Assembly: GCA_012295275.1 (NCBI GenBank)
Contig: CM022670.1
Location: 18,042,001-18,106,000, forward strand
Direction of reading: 5' to 3'
Source of the DNA: Chrysomallon squamiferum
Taxonomy: Eukaryota > Animalia > Mollusca
DNA length: 64,000 bases
The notes under the pieces were generated by a model. The model saw only the letters and a list, made by a program, of their open reading frames with translations. It ran no database searches and had not been told where the DNA came from. Below are positions 26,481 to 43,039 of the stretch, piece by piece (within the stretch, counting starts at the first letter, position 1; each line of letters starts with the position of its first letter). The position numbers and the translations under genes were made by a program.

Positions 26481-28025
26481 GTAATACAAAACTGATGAAT
26501 GTAGGAAGATCTAAATAAATTTAATTCAAAAAAAGAAAAGAAACAAACAAACGATATTTCAATTTTGAAAGAATATCACTGTCACCGTGTAACATCCGCC
26601 TTGCCAATGACAACACTACAATAATTAATGATATCTTTTATCTGATTAAACCACGTGTTTAAGTTTAACTCTAACTTTTAGTACTCCAAAGAGCATATAA
26701 ATCTAGCAGTCAGTAGGCGTTCTGTGACAAGGTGTACGTACAACAAAGTGTAGCTATATGGATGTGTATATCGAATTACGTAACCTGAGTTTGATTCGAA
26801 ATTCTTTCTTCTTATTGGTCTTGCTTAGAATTTCAAGTTGGGGAGTAAAACAAACCTAGATACCACACAAATTTTATATAATTTATCACAAAAAAAATAT
26901 AAAAAATAAAAAATAAAAAGCATGAAAAAAAGACGAAACAAACAACAGTAAGGGAAAAATTGCTTGCTTAATAACACGATTACATATCAAACATGTCGAA
27001 TATTGAAACAAAACCATGATATATTCTTTTTTCAACTTATAAAAAAATATATGTTCTTCAAGTGATCTACAAAATCGCTTTCTGCTTATTTTTGGCGACA
27101 TTTTGGTTTACATTACAATCTCTTATCTTATAACTGCTTTAGTATGATTATATTTCAGCACATACATTAGACTAATAATCTCCATATTGCAATTTTTAGA
27201 CACAGTTGTTTTCTAAGCACTTGATATGCGCTGTGTTTATAATAATATGGACAAAAAAACCATTGTCAACATATCAAGATTAACAGTAGAATGGAATCTT
27301 TTAAATAAATTTTCCAATTACTGGAAAACACTTACTGTTCCTTTAGATAAAATAACCTCGTTAGAACTGATCATGTAACTTTCTACATTATTTAGAAATA
27401 TATATGTGTATCTCTGTATGGTCACTGTTTTTGTATGTTTGTACGTACGTACGTATGTATGTATATGTGTGTGTATGCATGTTTGAATGTATGTGTGTAT
27501 GTATGTTTGTATGTCTATGTGTACGTATGTCTGTATGTATTCGTATATATATATATATGTATGTATGTGTGTGTGTATGAATGTATGTATGTTTTATATA
27601 CATATATGTTTGTGTTCATGTATATATGAAAGAATTAAAATACTATATATTTATGTGACATATCTTTGTATTTTTTTTTCTTCTCTTTCTCACTTTGATT
27701 TTATTTATTTTGCTTTTTTAACCTTTATTTTTTAAAGAATCATTTCCTTAATGAATGTTTTCAGGTTTACGCAGTTCTAATAACAAGAAAACACGTAACA
27801 AATAGAAAAAGAAAAAAGAAAAAAAAGAAACATGATATTATTTCTCTGATTGTTTCATTTTTTCCTTCATATTAAAATATTTGTTTATCGTGTGTTATTT
27901 TATAAGTTTATTATGATATTTTACTTTGTTTTTTGAATTTGGCTTCTGTTTTTTATGTCTTTTATAGTAGTTATCGTTTTCTTTTTATTACAAAGTGATA
28001 ATTATTACTGCAATATAATAACAAT

Positions 28026-28085
<60 letters not shown>

Positions 28086-28829
28086 AGATGATGATGATGA
28101 TGATAACGATAATAATATAAAGAATAAGCATATTATTATTATTATTTTCTTTCATTTTTGCAGCAACCGAGTAAGAAAAAATCAATAATTATCTGTTAAA
28201 AGGAATAAATATAAAAATAAATATACAACGGAAGGAAAAAAAAAAAAAAAAAGTATATCAGAAATATGTAAGAAAAGAAAAAGAAAAAAGACAGTACTAA
28301 TAATAAATAATAAAATAAAAATAAAATAAAATAAAACAATAAATAAATAAATAAAAGAGAAAAGAAAATAATTATGATGAAGATAACTAGAACGGAATTC
28401 AAGAAAGAATCAAGTTGCAACAACAACAACAACAAAATATGATCTTCATCCTGATGATGAGGGCAACTATGATGATGATGATAATAATAATAATAAACTG
28501 TTTCTGTTGCTAAGAATTATGACAGTAATAACGCCAGTGAAAATGAAAAGAAACGCAAGGAATGATACCAGTTTCAATAAGTGTCTCGATTTTTTGTTTT
28601 TAGTTCTAGCTTTTATATTAGTACAAGAAGAAAACTGAATCGGGTCGGACATGTTTAGGGTTAGCTTGATCTAAGTACAGAAGTATATATGTCCAAGGAT
28701 TTATTTGATCTTTGCTCGAGAGATATAGTCTAAGAACAGGATAGGAAAACGCTAGAGATCACTGGAGAGGGAGTGATGACGAACGTTGGTGGACGGAACT
28801 GATAATGCTGGTCAAAATAATTGTACTGT

Positions 28830-29078
28830 AGACCTAGAATCATCTTTGCAAACTAAAATGGTGTTGGAGACCTAGAATCATCTTTGCAAACTAAAATGGT
28901 GTTGGAGACCTAGCATCATCTTTGCAAACTGAAATGGTGTTGGAGACCTAGAATCATCTTTGCAAACTAAAATTGTGTTGGAGACCTAGCTTCATCTTTG
29001 CAAACTAAAATTGTGTTGGAGACCTAGAATCATCTTTGCAAACTAAAATGGTGTTGGAGACCTAGCATCATCTTTGCA
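28830..29078. repeat. Minisatellite, 38-bp unit (AGACCTAGAATCATCTTTGCAAACTAAAATGGTGTTGG) x ~6.5
   Basis: GACCTAG recurs every 38 bp from 28831 to 29059, with no spacers. Confidence 0.97.
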
Positions 29079-32000
29079 CAGAAAGACTGTTATCCAGGAT
29101 TCTGATGGAGAACAAGGAGAACCTGGGATACTATTGACAGCTTTCGATAGATATCACAGAGCAAACTATCATTAGAGACCTGTCATACCCAGGGTGCTGT
29201 AAGAAACCAAGAAATACAAGAACGATTTTCATGGTGGCATCTTATAACGACTAAATAACATTATACATGGAATAATCTTGTTGCGGTAATAAAATATTAT
29301 AATATCTGATAATCACTGTTTGCCTCCTCGTTATGTTTTCCTTGATGGATATTATAATTAATTAAGAATAGAAACTGCTCATTTCGGTGGATACAATACT
29401 TGCTAATTAATTAAATAACGTAGTTGCTAATTTTCATTAGATATCATTTCCTTTAATTAAGTATAAAAAAAATGGTTATTACATTAATTATTATCCGCCG
29501 AAAGAAACAAAGGAAAAAAGAGACTGAGAGACAGACAGACAGACAGACACACCGTGTCACTCGATACTTTTAGTAGTCATTGCATTTTAGGTGAAAATTA
29601 GTATATAACATACAGCTATAATTAATTAGATAAAGTTTTGTATGGAAAGTCATATTCCGTTGCATTACATTTTAACAGAAATAATAATGAAATTAAGAAA
29701 GACGAAAATTAGAAAAAGAATCGTAGAAAACACTAAAAACATTTTTGTAACATCGTAATACGAATTCATTATAATAAAAAATAAAATAAAATAAAATAAA
29801 AATGAAAATAAAAAATAAATAAAATAAAACAAAATAATAAAATCACATCACTAATAACATACATTACAAGGAAAAGAAAGAATCATTCTGATTTTTAGCA
29901 TATATTTGGATATGTTTTTTTGTTTTAATTTTGATTAAAATTTTGTTGTTGTTTTTTGTTCCATTATATTAATGGAATATGTTGAAATGCCTTATACCGT
30001 AGAATATTTTCCAATTTTAATAATCATTAAAAAGTTGCTCTCTATTGTTTATCTTAATTGTTTTTAAATTATTATTATTATTATTATTATTATTAAACAT
30101 TTGTTATGAAAGATATTTTGCGTTTATTCTCTTTTTCCTTTTTGTTTTTAAATCGTTCTGATGTGTTGTTTCCTATAAAAAAGTTAGATTTGTTTTATTG
30201 ATTAACTGATTGAAATGTGATTCGATTGATTCCTTTCTTCCTCCTTTTATCGTTTCTTTGTTTTCATTAATTTCTCTTTTTCTAAATGTTTAGTATATGT
30301 AAAGTCTTAGAATTATTTCCTTCGTTCATTAATTTTTGCTAACCATTATATCTTTTTTTTTTCTTCTTAAATATGTTAAAAAACAAAACAAAAACGGAAC
30401 TAATAATTAATATCCTGGGGAATATTAATCTTTTTCAAGAGTTTAATATTTCACGAGATTTTACCGTTAACAGACACTTTTCATTAAGTGAAGGAAATAA
30501 CTTCATACATCAACACAAACTGACATGCTCGCCTGGTTAACAACCTTCATTAAATAGGTTTAGTGGTGTCGTGTTAAGAAAACATCAATATTTCTCCTAT
30601 GCTTAAATGGGAAATGAGAGAAAGAATGGAAGGAGATGGAGTGAGAGAGAGAGGGACAATAAACAATACAGATGACGGATTATCATTTACAGACAAACTG
30701 ACGTGTAGATCAAGTGATAAACAGAGATAATCAGAGAAATGATTCATCTGAATTAGTTAATTTTGACAGTCTACATCAATTCCAATAATCCTTATTTTTG
30801 TTATATTTTTTGTGGTAAGTCGTTTGTTATGATTAATAAAACAGCCACGTAAGTTTACAAAAATGACATACTGACGAAGTTATAAAAACAAACAAGAAAG
30901 CAACACCCAGACAAGCAGACCAGGTATTGAAAACAAACATTAGCCATCAGTTGCGAGAATGATTTCTGGTAACATTGGCAATACATTTTTATAAACCTTT
31001 AATTGTCGTTCTTAAATATCCTCCAACATTCGTTTTAGTTTGCTTGGTTTGTATCATAAATCAGCTAAAAGCGGTAAGCAAGGGGCAGCCGTTGATTTAA
31101 ATATTCAAATATTTCTGCATAGCAGAGGAACAAAAAATATTTCAAGTATATAAGCTGTACGTTTGATATTTTAAACACAATTTAGCATATGTCATTACGA
31201 ACAATATCCATTATAAGATTTAACAAAGGGAAAATCTTAGGAATTTCTACCATGTTCAGTCAGAGGTATCCGATACTCTTAGTGAATGGACGAAGATTGA
31301 TGTTTGAAAAGAACATCACTGCATAGAAGTTTTATCTAGATCTCATCTTGTGAAGAAAGATAACAGCAAAACCAATCAGCAGACGCATTTTTCTTTGGAT
31401 TCAAATAAAGTAAAACTGCACTGGACAAAAGCCCATTAATTAATCAGAATTGTGGATACATCCCCACTCTGAAATACTTGTAATTGCACTTCAAAAGAAA
31501 AATTTTGACCTGAAATTTGCTTTTGTTAATAGCTTATTGTGCCAGTCTAACAGGAAATAGAAAGATTATTTATTTGTGCTATGAATAAAAAGAAGTAAAC
31601 TGAATATATTATTATTATTATTTTTTTTTTTACTATTATTTAATTAATTAATTTATTTATTTAGTTATTTCTGCTTAATACGAATGAAACATACACATAT
31701 ACATACATACATACATACACACACACATACATACATATAAACTACTTCTGAAAGGATATATCTTAATAAGAATCTTAACAATCTAATTCAATTACTCACT
31801 GAACAGTCGACAGCAGTTTGAAGAAGAAGAACTATTTTGAACTGAAGAAATTTCAGGATAATTGGACTCAGCTCATCTGAAAATTCAGAAACGTTTTCCT
31901 CACAAGAACCTGTTATAGATCAGAGCATTTTTCTGACTTATCTTTGAAATTCCTGAATTATTTTGTTTAATATAATTTGCTATAGAAGAATAACTTTACC

Positions 32001-34500
32001 TTTGTTGTTCTAAGGATGCATATTTTGACTCGTGTGATATATATACACAAAATAAAATTGGGATATGTAAAAACATGAAATATACCTATTTAGAATTCAG
32101 CTGATATTAATAGTTAGAAAATTTCAGAAAGGAAGCGTTATTTATCTAGTAGTATAGCAAATTTGTTCTTGGTATAAAAAAAAGAAATGATTTATCATAA
32201 ACAATGGAATATGCTTTCCTATCTGTTGGAAGGTGCATAAAAAAAGATTATTTGATCCTGATCCTTAACATGTTTTGCGACTTTCAAAGCGGTTTCCTCT
32301 ATAAAACTGTCGTAAGACAGCAATCTTTAATATTTGAGATGACGCTAAACATTGAGTCAGCGCAACCGATACTAAAACTGATGGCTCTCTTTAGAATAAC
32401 GTGCCTGTGCGTGTCCGAGTGCTTGAACTCCACAGACATTAATCAAGCTATAAACGAATGTCGCTCTAACACAGTCATTTAACATCTGTTTTGTTCAGTG
32501 TGTAATTGAGTTTAAATTACAACACATGGCGTAAATAGCACGACTCAATCAGATGGATGCTTGACTAACAGTTTATTCATAGAGGTTAAACAGAGACACA
32601 TGGTCTCAACAAACAGACCCAGGCCGCACTCTCATCACGCTAACAAAATGTGCCTTGTGGCTGTGCACCTGAAAAATTGTTATTCAGAACAGAAAACATG
32701 TGAGACTCCAGTGATAAAATATATAATAATGAGTGTATAAACCTTTCAAACATTATACAGTCAGGAACGGTATATTTACTTCATTGGTAATTAGATTTAC
32801 AGTAAAAAATTCACCTGTCTGAAAATAAAGGTTATCCAAGACGGCTTTTTATGATGTACTATATCTTCATTTTGTTTTATCATTTAAACATTAAAACGTT
32901 TTTATAAGATCGTTAATCTGTCTAAATCTAGTAAATATTTTTTATGTATGTATATATATATATATATATATACATACACAACACACATACACACACACAT
33001 TTTAATTATTTAAAAATAATAATTCGGAAAATATATCAAAACAATAATAGCCTTTCATTACTTTGAAATTCGTATTTCCCGTTCCACCCACTGCCTCATG
33101 ATTATTATTATTTTTTTAATCACGTTATATCTATTTCAGATATCTTCATTCCTTGAGTCGATCCAAACTACACTGCATTAAACATATTTCATATCACCCC
33201 ATCATTTACAAAGTTCTCTCATAAACACCACACAGAACGCTAAATTAATTCGTCTGGCGTCCCAAGGACAACAAGCTGAATAAAATCGAATACAAGCCAA
33301 AGTATAAATTAATTAAGAGAATGTTTCAAAATCATCAGCGTAGAGAGTCCTCGGTGGGGGCGAGGGGCCGATACAGAGAGACAAATAACAAGAGAATCCG
33401 CAGTTGTTATTATACAAGCAGAAACATCGATCCGACCTTAACGGTTTAATGATCAGCGTTCTATGATTAATAAGCGTCTCACCTTGCTGACAGTATCATG
33501 GATCATGCAGTGTTAAACGATTAGGGTCACAGCCGTCGCATACACAGATGAAGAAATAGATGGCTTTTATAGAAGTAGACTTTATTATTATTATTATTAT
33601 TATTTATGTGTGATTTTTTTATTTTATTTAATTATGTATGATAACATCCATGATAACGATTCACTGATTTTTTTTGAGGAGATGGAGGGGGCGGCATGGG
33701 CGTGATGAGTAATTTAAGTTATTATGTAAACAACAATAACAGCAGTCAGTATAAAAAACAACAAAAAAACAACAGTAACAAAGTATATAGATAAAGCACT
33801 AAATTTCATTCAAAATGGGGGAATATTCTAAGAAGAACATAAATTATTTTAAATATTTATACAACTTAGCTATTTTTTTTTTTTTTTTAACTGGAATAAT
33901 AACTGATGGCAATCTTTTCAAAAAACCGAATGAAACTAAGAATTACATTTTCACTATAAAAGCAGAAATCCTCTGCAAATTATATAAAAGATATTTACAT
34001 TTCTTTAACAAAGTATTGGAATTTGTTTGATGACGAACAACCCAGTATTGGCGACAAGGATCGAACGTAAAATGAAATAATCTCGACTTTCTAAATAAAA
34101 CCACTGTTACAAAAAAAAAAAGAAAAAAAAACTTGTGTAAAGATTTATAGAACAATTTGCGATTCGAACGGTATTTCTTTCGCGAATATTTTCCAGTGTT
34201 GAATAAAAATTAATGAGATTTTCTGCTTTTATCGAAAGCAGAAGAGTCAAAGAAAATAACAGCCTGTAGATATGTTTATAGAACTGAAGGTAGAATATTT
34301 TACAAAATAACACTAGAAGATGATTTTTAAAAAATCTTTATTAAAGGCTAACTGCCATGACGTAGAATCAGAGTACAAGTCAGTATATGTAAATGTGTCT
34401 GTCTGTCTCTACACATGTATGAAATATACCTAAAAATGCATAAATGCATATGTATATATGTACATGTATAAGTAGTTTAGGATTTTTGAATATTCTCTGT

Positions 34501-34625
34501 TTTATGTACGTCTGAACAGACCTCACATAGTCACTATTCGGGAACGCACTGGCGCAGGAGGACACAGTCCAATTACGACTTCACAAACCCCGTCAGATGC
34601 CGCTGACGAGACTCGAACGTATGGC
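34501..34625 (-). mobile_element. SINE-like dispersed repeat, family B, with Pol III B box
   Basis: Minus strand reads GTTCGAGTC (B box), then TCGTCAGCGGCATCTGA...GTCGTAATTGGACTGTGTCCTCCTGCGCCAGTGCGTTCCCGAAT. Overlaps in sequence with both the 17.4-kb and 55.6-kb copies. Confidence 0.75.
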
Positions 34626-35419
34626 ACATATATGTATGTATGTATGTATGTATATATATATATATGTAATTATATAGTATATATGTATGTAAGAAACTGT
34701 TATCAAACAACAAAAGCTACACAGAGGAAATCAGATCCAGTTAAAATTATCCGAGGGTGAGAAAAGAAAAAGAAAAAGGATATTCATTTTCACTGTTCCC
34801 ACTTAATACTTGAAACACTTTTAGAAAGGAAAATTTCTGAAATAGAGAAGATAAAGTTTGTTTTATTTGTATTACTGAATTACTGTATAATCGTGACAAA
34901 GTAAGAGATGTATATTAACTACGCTTACAGAAACAAATCAAGTTTCAGGTCATTGGTCTACGCTGAAATTTCACACTGACCAATTAATCTGACGATTTAA
35001 TAAGCAAGAACAGCATTATATTTAGATTATTTTAATGGCCGTCAGGGGAAATTTGCACACACATATTTTCTGCGTGTTTTTGGTGAAATTAAATTTGTTT
35101 GACCACGTCATAAATAAGCCAAATTCATTCAAGTTCTAACAGATCGCCGCTGGCTAAAATTCACGGTCTTACCAAAATAACTTTAGACTAAGCTAAACCT
35201 GATCACGTCATAAATGATGTCGTACTCCACTGAGACGCACACAAGTAAGTCCTAGTCCTAAAAATCTCGTCAAGTCCCCTCAAACTGTGTTTGCGTTTAA
35301 CAGGGATAACACTGTTCTTTAAAAACATTCACGTTTCTTCACGCTTTATTTGTGAGTCTGGTTTCATTTTACCATAGATGGTGCTTCTTATATATATATA
35401 TGTTTACGTTATTTTCGTC

Positions 35420-35532
35420 AGTTGTTGTTGTTGTTGTTGTTATTATTATTATTATTATTGTTGTTGTTGTTATTATTATGATTATTATTATTGTTATTGT
35501 TATTGTTGTTGTTGTTGTTGTTGTTGTTGTTA

Positions 35533-35607
<75 letters not shown>
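35420..35607. repeat. Compound (GTT)n/(ATT)n microsatellite
   Basis: Seen directly. Other (AAT)n tracts at about 19989, 26416, 28033, 45685 and 55021. Confidence 0.95.
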
Positions 35608-35609
<2 letters not shown>

Positions 35610-37709
35610 TGAACTTAACATTTTCACTGGGACTTTTTTTCTTCTTCTTCTTTTTTTCAGTACTGGATTTCATTGCAGATCAAGTATTATTATTAAAATT
35701 AATGATGATGAAAATTAATGTGAAAAATATTTAAAAACTAGACCACAAGAATACATGACCTACGATGCTCATTAAATTTTTTAATTTTTATTATTTTTTT
35801 GATGTTGATGAAATGGATAGAGAAAAAAAAAAAACAACAGAAGATAAGATAAAAACGTTCCATTAGTTGTTTGTTTTTGTTTTGTTTTTCCTTTATATTC
35901 GTTATTTGGAAAATAGTAAAGATTTGCAGCAACTTGAAATAAAACTGCACTATGATAAATTGGATTCACAGATTTTATGAACGCAAAGCCTGGAAATAAG
36001 TGCTGGATCACGAAATTTATTCTGTACAAAACTGTCATTTATCAAGCTACACAAAGTTAATGTTAGCAGTTATTTTGATCGAAATACCTTTAGGTGAAAT
36101 CGCACTTGAAAAAAACAAACAAACAAAAAAACAAACAGGTTGGGTTCTGTTCAGTAAAACCATATCACGGAAAAAACACGTTTACATAAATTATAATTGG
36201 ACATTTGCAGTCGATAGTATATCATCATATTTGCTATTTGAAAGAAATGCTGTTTAGTAAAAAAAAATCGAAAAATCTATTTATTTGAACACTTAGAATT
36301 ATTGGAGAATCTGTATTAAAACAAATGTTGCGAAAGGCTTCAATATTCACAACAATTTCACAAGAGAAGTAATTGTGTTCATTAAAGCAAGCAAACACAC
36401 ATAAAATAAAACAACAAAAAATCTATTTATTCATTTATATTAATAATAATAATAATAAATAGTAATATAGTGACGTCAAGACTTTCAAAAAAAAAAAAAT
36501 AAAAAATAAAATAAAATTAATAATAAAATAATAAATAAAAAGAAAAGAAAAAAGAAAGAAAGAATAAAAATTAAATTAAAACTAAAACAAAAGGACACAA
36601 AGAAGCAAACAATAGAAGTAAAATGAATCAAAATGAAACTAGACTAAACAGTTTGTTTTGAATTCAGTGGGTTTTTTTTATTCTAAATAGCCAGTAGATA
36701 TACTAATTAAAATTGACTACATTAGCTATCTTTATACAAATCAAATTTTAGTCTGTCCTATTCATTATAATCCCATATAAAACAAAAATAAAACCTGTTA
36801 TTTCAGAAGTAAGGCTAGTATTAGATTTGGATTGTTTTGATATTACTTGACGAAAAATTACAGAAATAATTTTCAAAACTGCTCTACATCGTTTCATTTG
36901 TTGAAAACAAGTTCTTATAATGTCATTTTTTGGCTGAACGAAAGTCAAATCCCTTCATACTCCTATACACCTAACCATGCTTTGATTTGTCAGCTTTTTT
37001 ACCCCCATTGTTAAAATAAATCAAACAAAGATTAAATAACAACGTACTCTATATGTTTCTATTTGTCAGATTATAAGGAACTCTATACAGATTCACCTGA
37101 CCAAACTCTTCTTCGTCAGGTTGACAATTAATGCTATTTTCATATAACCAAATAATTAAAGTTTCGTATCAACAGAGCTTTCCTGTTCTTGTTATTATTT
37201 TTCGTGATTTCATTTCAGTTGTTAAATTGGTTCCATTCACAGGTTCAGTTAACATCATACTCTTGAATTCAACACATCTACAAAATCAGCAACAAATAAC
37301 AAAACTAGAACAGATATACATTTGACAACAAGTGTACGTTTGATTAAACCGCATCTTACTTATTTGTTAACTCAACCTTCCACCTTTCTCTGCTGCAACT
37401 GGATTTCGCTGCAGATCAAACACGTCAAGTCCTGACTACAGATATATTAAGATCATATCTGAAGAAAAAGTTGCAATCAACAAATAACGAAAACCTAGAC
37501 GACAGCAATAAAATATTTAATATTTGTCTGCGCTCTTCTGAAATTCTGATTAACTCTTTCACCTTTCAGCTGAAGTCAGACATCACGGATAAATGGAAAT
37601 ATAGAAAAGAAGAGATGGATGGAACAGGATCTGAAAGAACTGAAAGTATATATGGATTATAGTGAGTCGGACAGAATGAAAAACATATTGTGTAGATAGA
37701 GGGATGCGA

Positions 37710-37814
<105 letters not shown>

Positions 37815-40800
37815 TGATGTATGTATGTATTAATGAATGAACGGATGAACGGAAGTATCATCCTGTAAGCATGTTTTAACACTGAATCATCTCATCTGTT
37901 ATCTTCTTTTATGAACAAAGTTTAAAAAATACTAATTTCCGATGAGCAAAGAAATGTGAGATTCATTACTACACTGCGGCTACTCAAATTTGTGTATAAC
38001 GTGTCAATAACAATGAAGTTCCTTGATTAATTTCTCTCTTTTTGCCCCTTTTTTTTCCTCTTCTGATTCTCTTTGCCTTTCTTTTTTTCCCCCATATATA
38101 TAGTTTTTTTTAACTCTTTATAATCAAATAAAGCAAATATAATCATTCCGGTTGCGTACGAGCTCATCACCGAGAACGTAAAAGCAGAAACACGTGGCAT
38201 GCGTGCTTTGCATCAACATGTCTCGTGATTTCATCTGAATCCAGAAACCTTTTTTTTTTTTGTCTGAATCTTTCAAAATCTGTCGAACGTGTCACAGAGC
38301 TGAAGTAACAGAAGAGTACAAATTTACGCTTTTTAATTTTTTTTAATACCAGCCTCCAGTTAAATATTGTTTGCTTTCTTCGGTGATCGTAATATTTCCA
38401 AGTAATTTTGCCTCTGGAAAATATGGGTGATTTTTTTAATAAAACTTGACTGTATTTCTTTCTATGTTGTAATGGTTTATTTGTCTGACATCGGACTATC
38501 TTCTCTCTCTTTACTTAGTATCACATAATCTGTGAATGTATAGAAAGGAAGGACCACTCTTATTACGGAAACGCAGAAATACATTATCTGCTTCAAGCTG
38601 CATTCAATACATTATTACAAAATGCTTTCATAAAAAAAGTAACAAGACACTAACAGTTTCATTTACATTATCATTTAAGCGACAAAATGTCATAATTAAA
38701 TACACGAAAGAAAACAAACTTCAGATATCTGACACATATCTATATTAGAATTCCTAGACGTCTCTATTTAATATATTTTTCTTCTTCTTCACAAAGAAAT
38801 TCGGCCTGTATCTGTGGTCATCTCAGAAAGTTAACTATGTATTAGCGAGAAGTGTCGACATAAAGCAATAATTTACCTTAGCGTGCAGATACGAGGCGAT
38901 AATTCAGAGCGACATGTCAACATGTCAGTTCATGGTAACGTAACGACATAAATATCGCGATGATTAGCACGATTATTAATATAATAACAACAAATCCATA
39001 AAATAATAGATTGTATCATAAATAATATTGATGCAAATCGATAGCTGAACTCAACATGACAACATATCGATGTTTTTCTGATGAGCCAAATATCTGTTAT
39101 TCGTTAATATAGACTACATTTAGTGAACATAGTTATAACATAAATATTTATTACAGAATTTTATTGCAATATTTAAGAAATATATATATCGTTGCCCAGA
39201 AAATAGCGACTAACGCTCACATTCAAGATATATATATATATATAGTTCATATTATTGAACATATAACGTTTGCTGTAAAACAGTATTTCTCAGCTACATG
39301 TAATGTGTTCACTGCATTTTTCATTCAGCTAATGGATACATGCTCATTGTAAGCCAATATTTCTGAATTCAGCCACGGATTTGTGTTTGGCTGTAAAGAG
39401 ATTTTTCATGGCGGAAACGCAACGCCGACAAGCAGAAGAGCACACGAGTGTATTTAACCTCGGACTGCTAGATTTACAGTCAGCAGAGAGTGAGGAGATG
39501 GTTAATGACGATTAGTAAATACTCATTCTCTCGGATAATGGTGTATCTTTGGCGAGATCACTCGGACGTAAAACGGGCCAACGGAATAAAATGTACATAC
39601 AGTAACTTAAGGGTGCAAATCGGCCATCGCTTACAAGATTGCATTATATCAAGTCAATTCCCAGCTGCGATGTTAAGAAATTGCATTAGAACTATACAGC
39701 AAAGTCTAAAGTAAAGCATCTTAAAATATCACTTGGATTCTGTTACAGTATTCAAACAGTTCAGTAAGTTAATCAGAAAAAAACGTAAATTAAATCATCA
39801 CAACACGTTTAATTTAAATCTGTCACTTTCTTTATTTTGCCTCTGTAGTCACTAGCAGCAACAGTTCTAACAAATTCCTGATACGTTTCTTGTGTAGTTA
39901 GTATTAGAACCGGAAATACATTGTGTTAGGAGTTGTTACACTAACTTCATAACACAACAGTGCATAGATGATTTATTTTATTTCTTTAACACAATGACAA
40001 TTTCACGCTTCACATAATATACATTATGTTACTTCTGATAAGAATTATTAAATACATGCTTGATTAATTGGATTTTTTTGTTTTTATTTGTTTGGCAGAA
40101 TTCTTAATTCACATCCTTATTATTTAGCGTAAAGTATTCTTCACGAATTCAACTCATGAGTATAATAAAAGAAGTGCAACCTTAGTGTTGTGTCTAAACA
40201 TTATTCTGGATAAAAAGTTTGGTGCAGCTTGGAACATCAGAAATTAACAGCGCCTTTTTGGTCTATGTCTCTTAGGTCAGTTTTATAATGTCCCTAAAAT
40301 AAATTAGTGTGAAATGTCAAACTACGTAGTGTAGTGCGCCCGCTTTCGTAAATTTCTACTGTTGGAAATGAAGCTAGAACTAAACTGGCGTCATAATTTA
40401 CTTTTATGTTGTCATATAAACGACTGAACGTCTCTTCTAGACAGAACAAATTTATGTCGCTTACATTATTGGTATTTTCGTCTGGAATTAGTTTCAGGGA
40501 GTGAGAGAGATGGAGATATAAAAAGCAGACCTGTACTAACCCGTGCCCTGCTCCTAGGCTGTCCGGGATTTCGTGCCTACTCTGACGGTTCAGTATTTCA
40601 CTCAACTAAAGCAGTGAGACGGAGAAAGACAGAGACTGAGACATACACAGAGACAGACAGACAATCAGGCAGAGATTGAGACATACACAGAGACAGACAG
40701 ATAATCAGACAGAGAGAGAGAATGATATGTATGTATGTATGTATGTATGCATGAAGGTATGTATGTATGCATATATGTATGTATGTTTGTATGTATGTAT

Positions 40801-42165
40801 GTATGTGTGCGTCTATGTTTATGTATGAATGTATGCATGTGTGTGTGTTTATGTACAAGTGTGCAAACGTGCGTGCGTGCGAATGAGTATGGATGTATGT
40901 ATGTATGTAAGTATATATGTGTGTTCGTATTATGTATGTATCTATCTATGTACCTATGTATAAGTTTGTATGAGTTTCTGTGTTTATTTATATGATTATG
41001 TTTATATGTACAGTAATAATAATTATGACAATGAGACGACGATGATGATGTAATAATATTTATTATGAATATATAATGTGCAGAAAAAATATTTTGTTTG
41101 CTTTACATTAGTGCACTCTTTATTTTTAAAGTCACTAATAAATAATATCTTTTAAGCAGTAATGAAGCACATTAAAAATTTCAAAAGAAAAGACAAAAAC
41201 GATACCACTATATTATCTGAAATTATGGTAACCAATGTAATTTTGTCAAAATTTAATAATTATGTAGAGAAATGTTTTGATTTCTTTAAAGAAGTAAAGT
41301 GATCATTGTAAAAATAATAATAATAATAATAAAATAAAATTAAAAAAATATTAGTGACTCATCGTTCAATTTGAATTCGGATATTTATTCAATATAATTT
41401 TGTTATCGATTAAAAAATCTATATTAATAAATGTAATTTTAAAGATTTTTTTATTCTCTTTCAAGGATTTTTTTTTTTTTATATATTTATTAAATAAAAA
41501 AGAGATCAAGTAATAAATTGTTATATGGAATACAAAACTGTCTAAATATTAAAAAGTTTATAATTTTTTTTTTTTTTTTTTTTTTTGTTACAAGTTTCAT
41601 TTCATCAAAACAACGTAATAATTTTTTTTTTTGCCAGAAGACTTCGGAAAGAAGCACGTTATTAAAGTTATGTCGATATACACTTTTTTATTTTGCTATC
41701 TCATTTTAACCAAATCATTGTTGTTTTCACCCAGAAGGACGTCTTATGTATGCCACTCGAAATGAATTAATTTACTTGAATCTTCTAATGGTGTTTGACT
41801 TTGTTTTTTGTGTCATCATTTCTTAGATTGGAACGCACGCACAAAAATATACATACACATACACACATACAAGTGCATTTCTTTCTTTGTCTTTTTTGGT
41901 TTCCTGGATAAAAGCAGAAAATGATTATAAAATGACATAAAAAAAAAAAAAAGTAGAAAGAAAAGAAGTTAAAACGTCATTCATAATAACAGTTTTCCTT
42001 TTTTCCTTTCTTTTGGTCCTCAGTTCGATTAATTTCATAGAATTCGTTCTACCCATTCTCTTTTTCTTTTTGAAAAGTCTTTATACGCTTTATATATTTG
42101 ACATCTGCTGACAGAGCAAAACTAAATGGAAACCTCCCAGAGAGAGAGTCGTTATCAAAACATCC

Positions 42166-42570
<405 letters not shown>

Positions 42571-43039
42571 GTTTCGGAACTTGGTGTGAAAATCTCAGGC
42601 TTCGCACCATTTAGGAGGATGACAACGCTTTCAGATAAATGTAGCTGTTAACTGCATTATCTAGTGAGATGCTATTAGAAGTAAAAAAATAAAAATATTT
42701 AAAAAAATGTATTTGTAGTGTCATTATTATTATTGTTGTTGTTGCTGTTGTTGTTGTTGTTCATTACTGCTGTTGTTGCTGTTGTGGTTGCTGTTGTTTT
42801 GCTGTTGTTGTAATTGTCGCTGCTAATGTCGTTGAATTTTTGTTCATCTTTAATACTGGATTTATTATTACCATCACAGATTTTATTATGGAACCAAATA
42901 AAATATATAAAATTATAAACTCAAATAAATGAGAAAGAATGAATGAACTATTAAATATAATACATTTTTTTTCAAATCCAGGAAAATTTACTTTTTCTAA
43001 AGCTAAATATCATTCTGAACATGTCCATCCTTCCTTAAC

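Noticed and set aside
28830-29078. 38-bp direct repeats as a CRISPR array
   Set aside because: Units are contiguous with no unique spacers, no cas genes are present, and the context is eukaryotic. It is a minisatellite.
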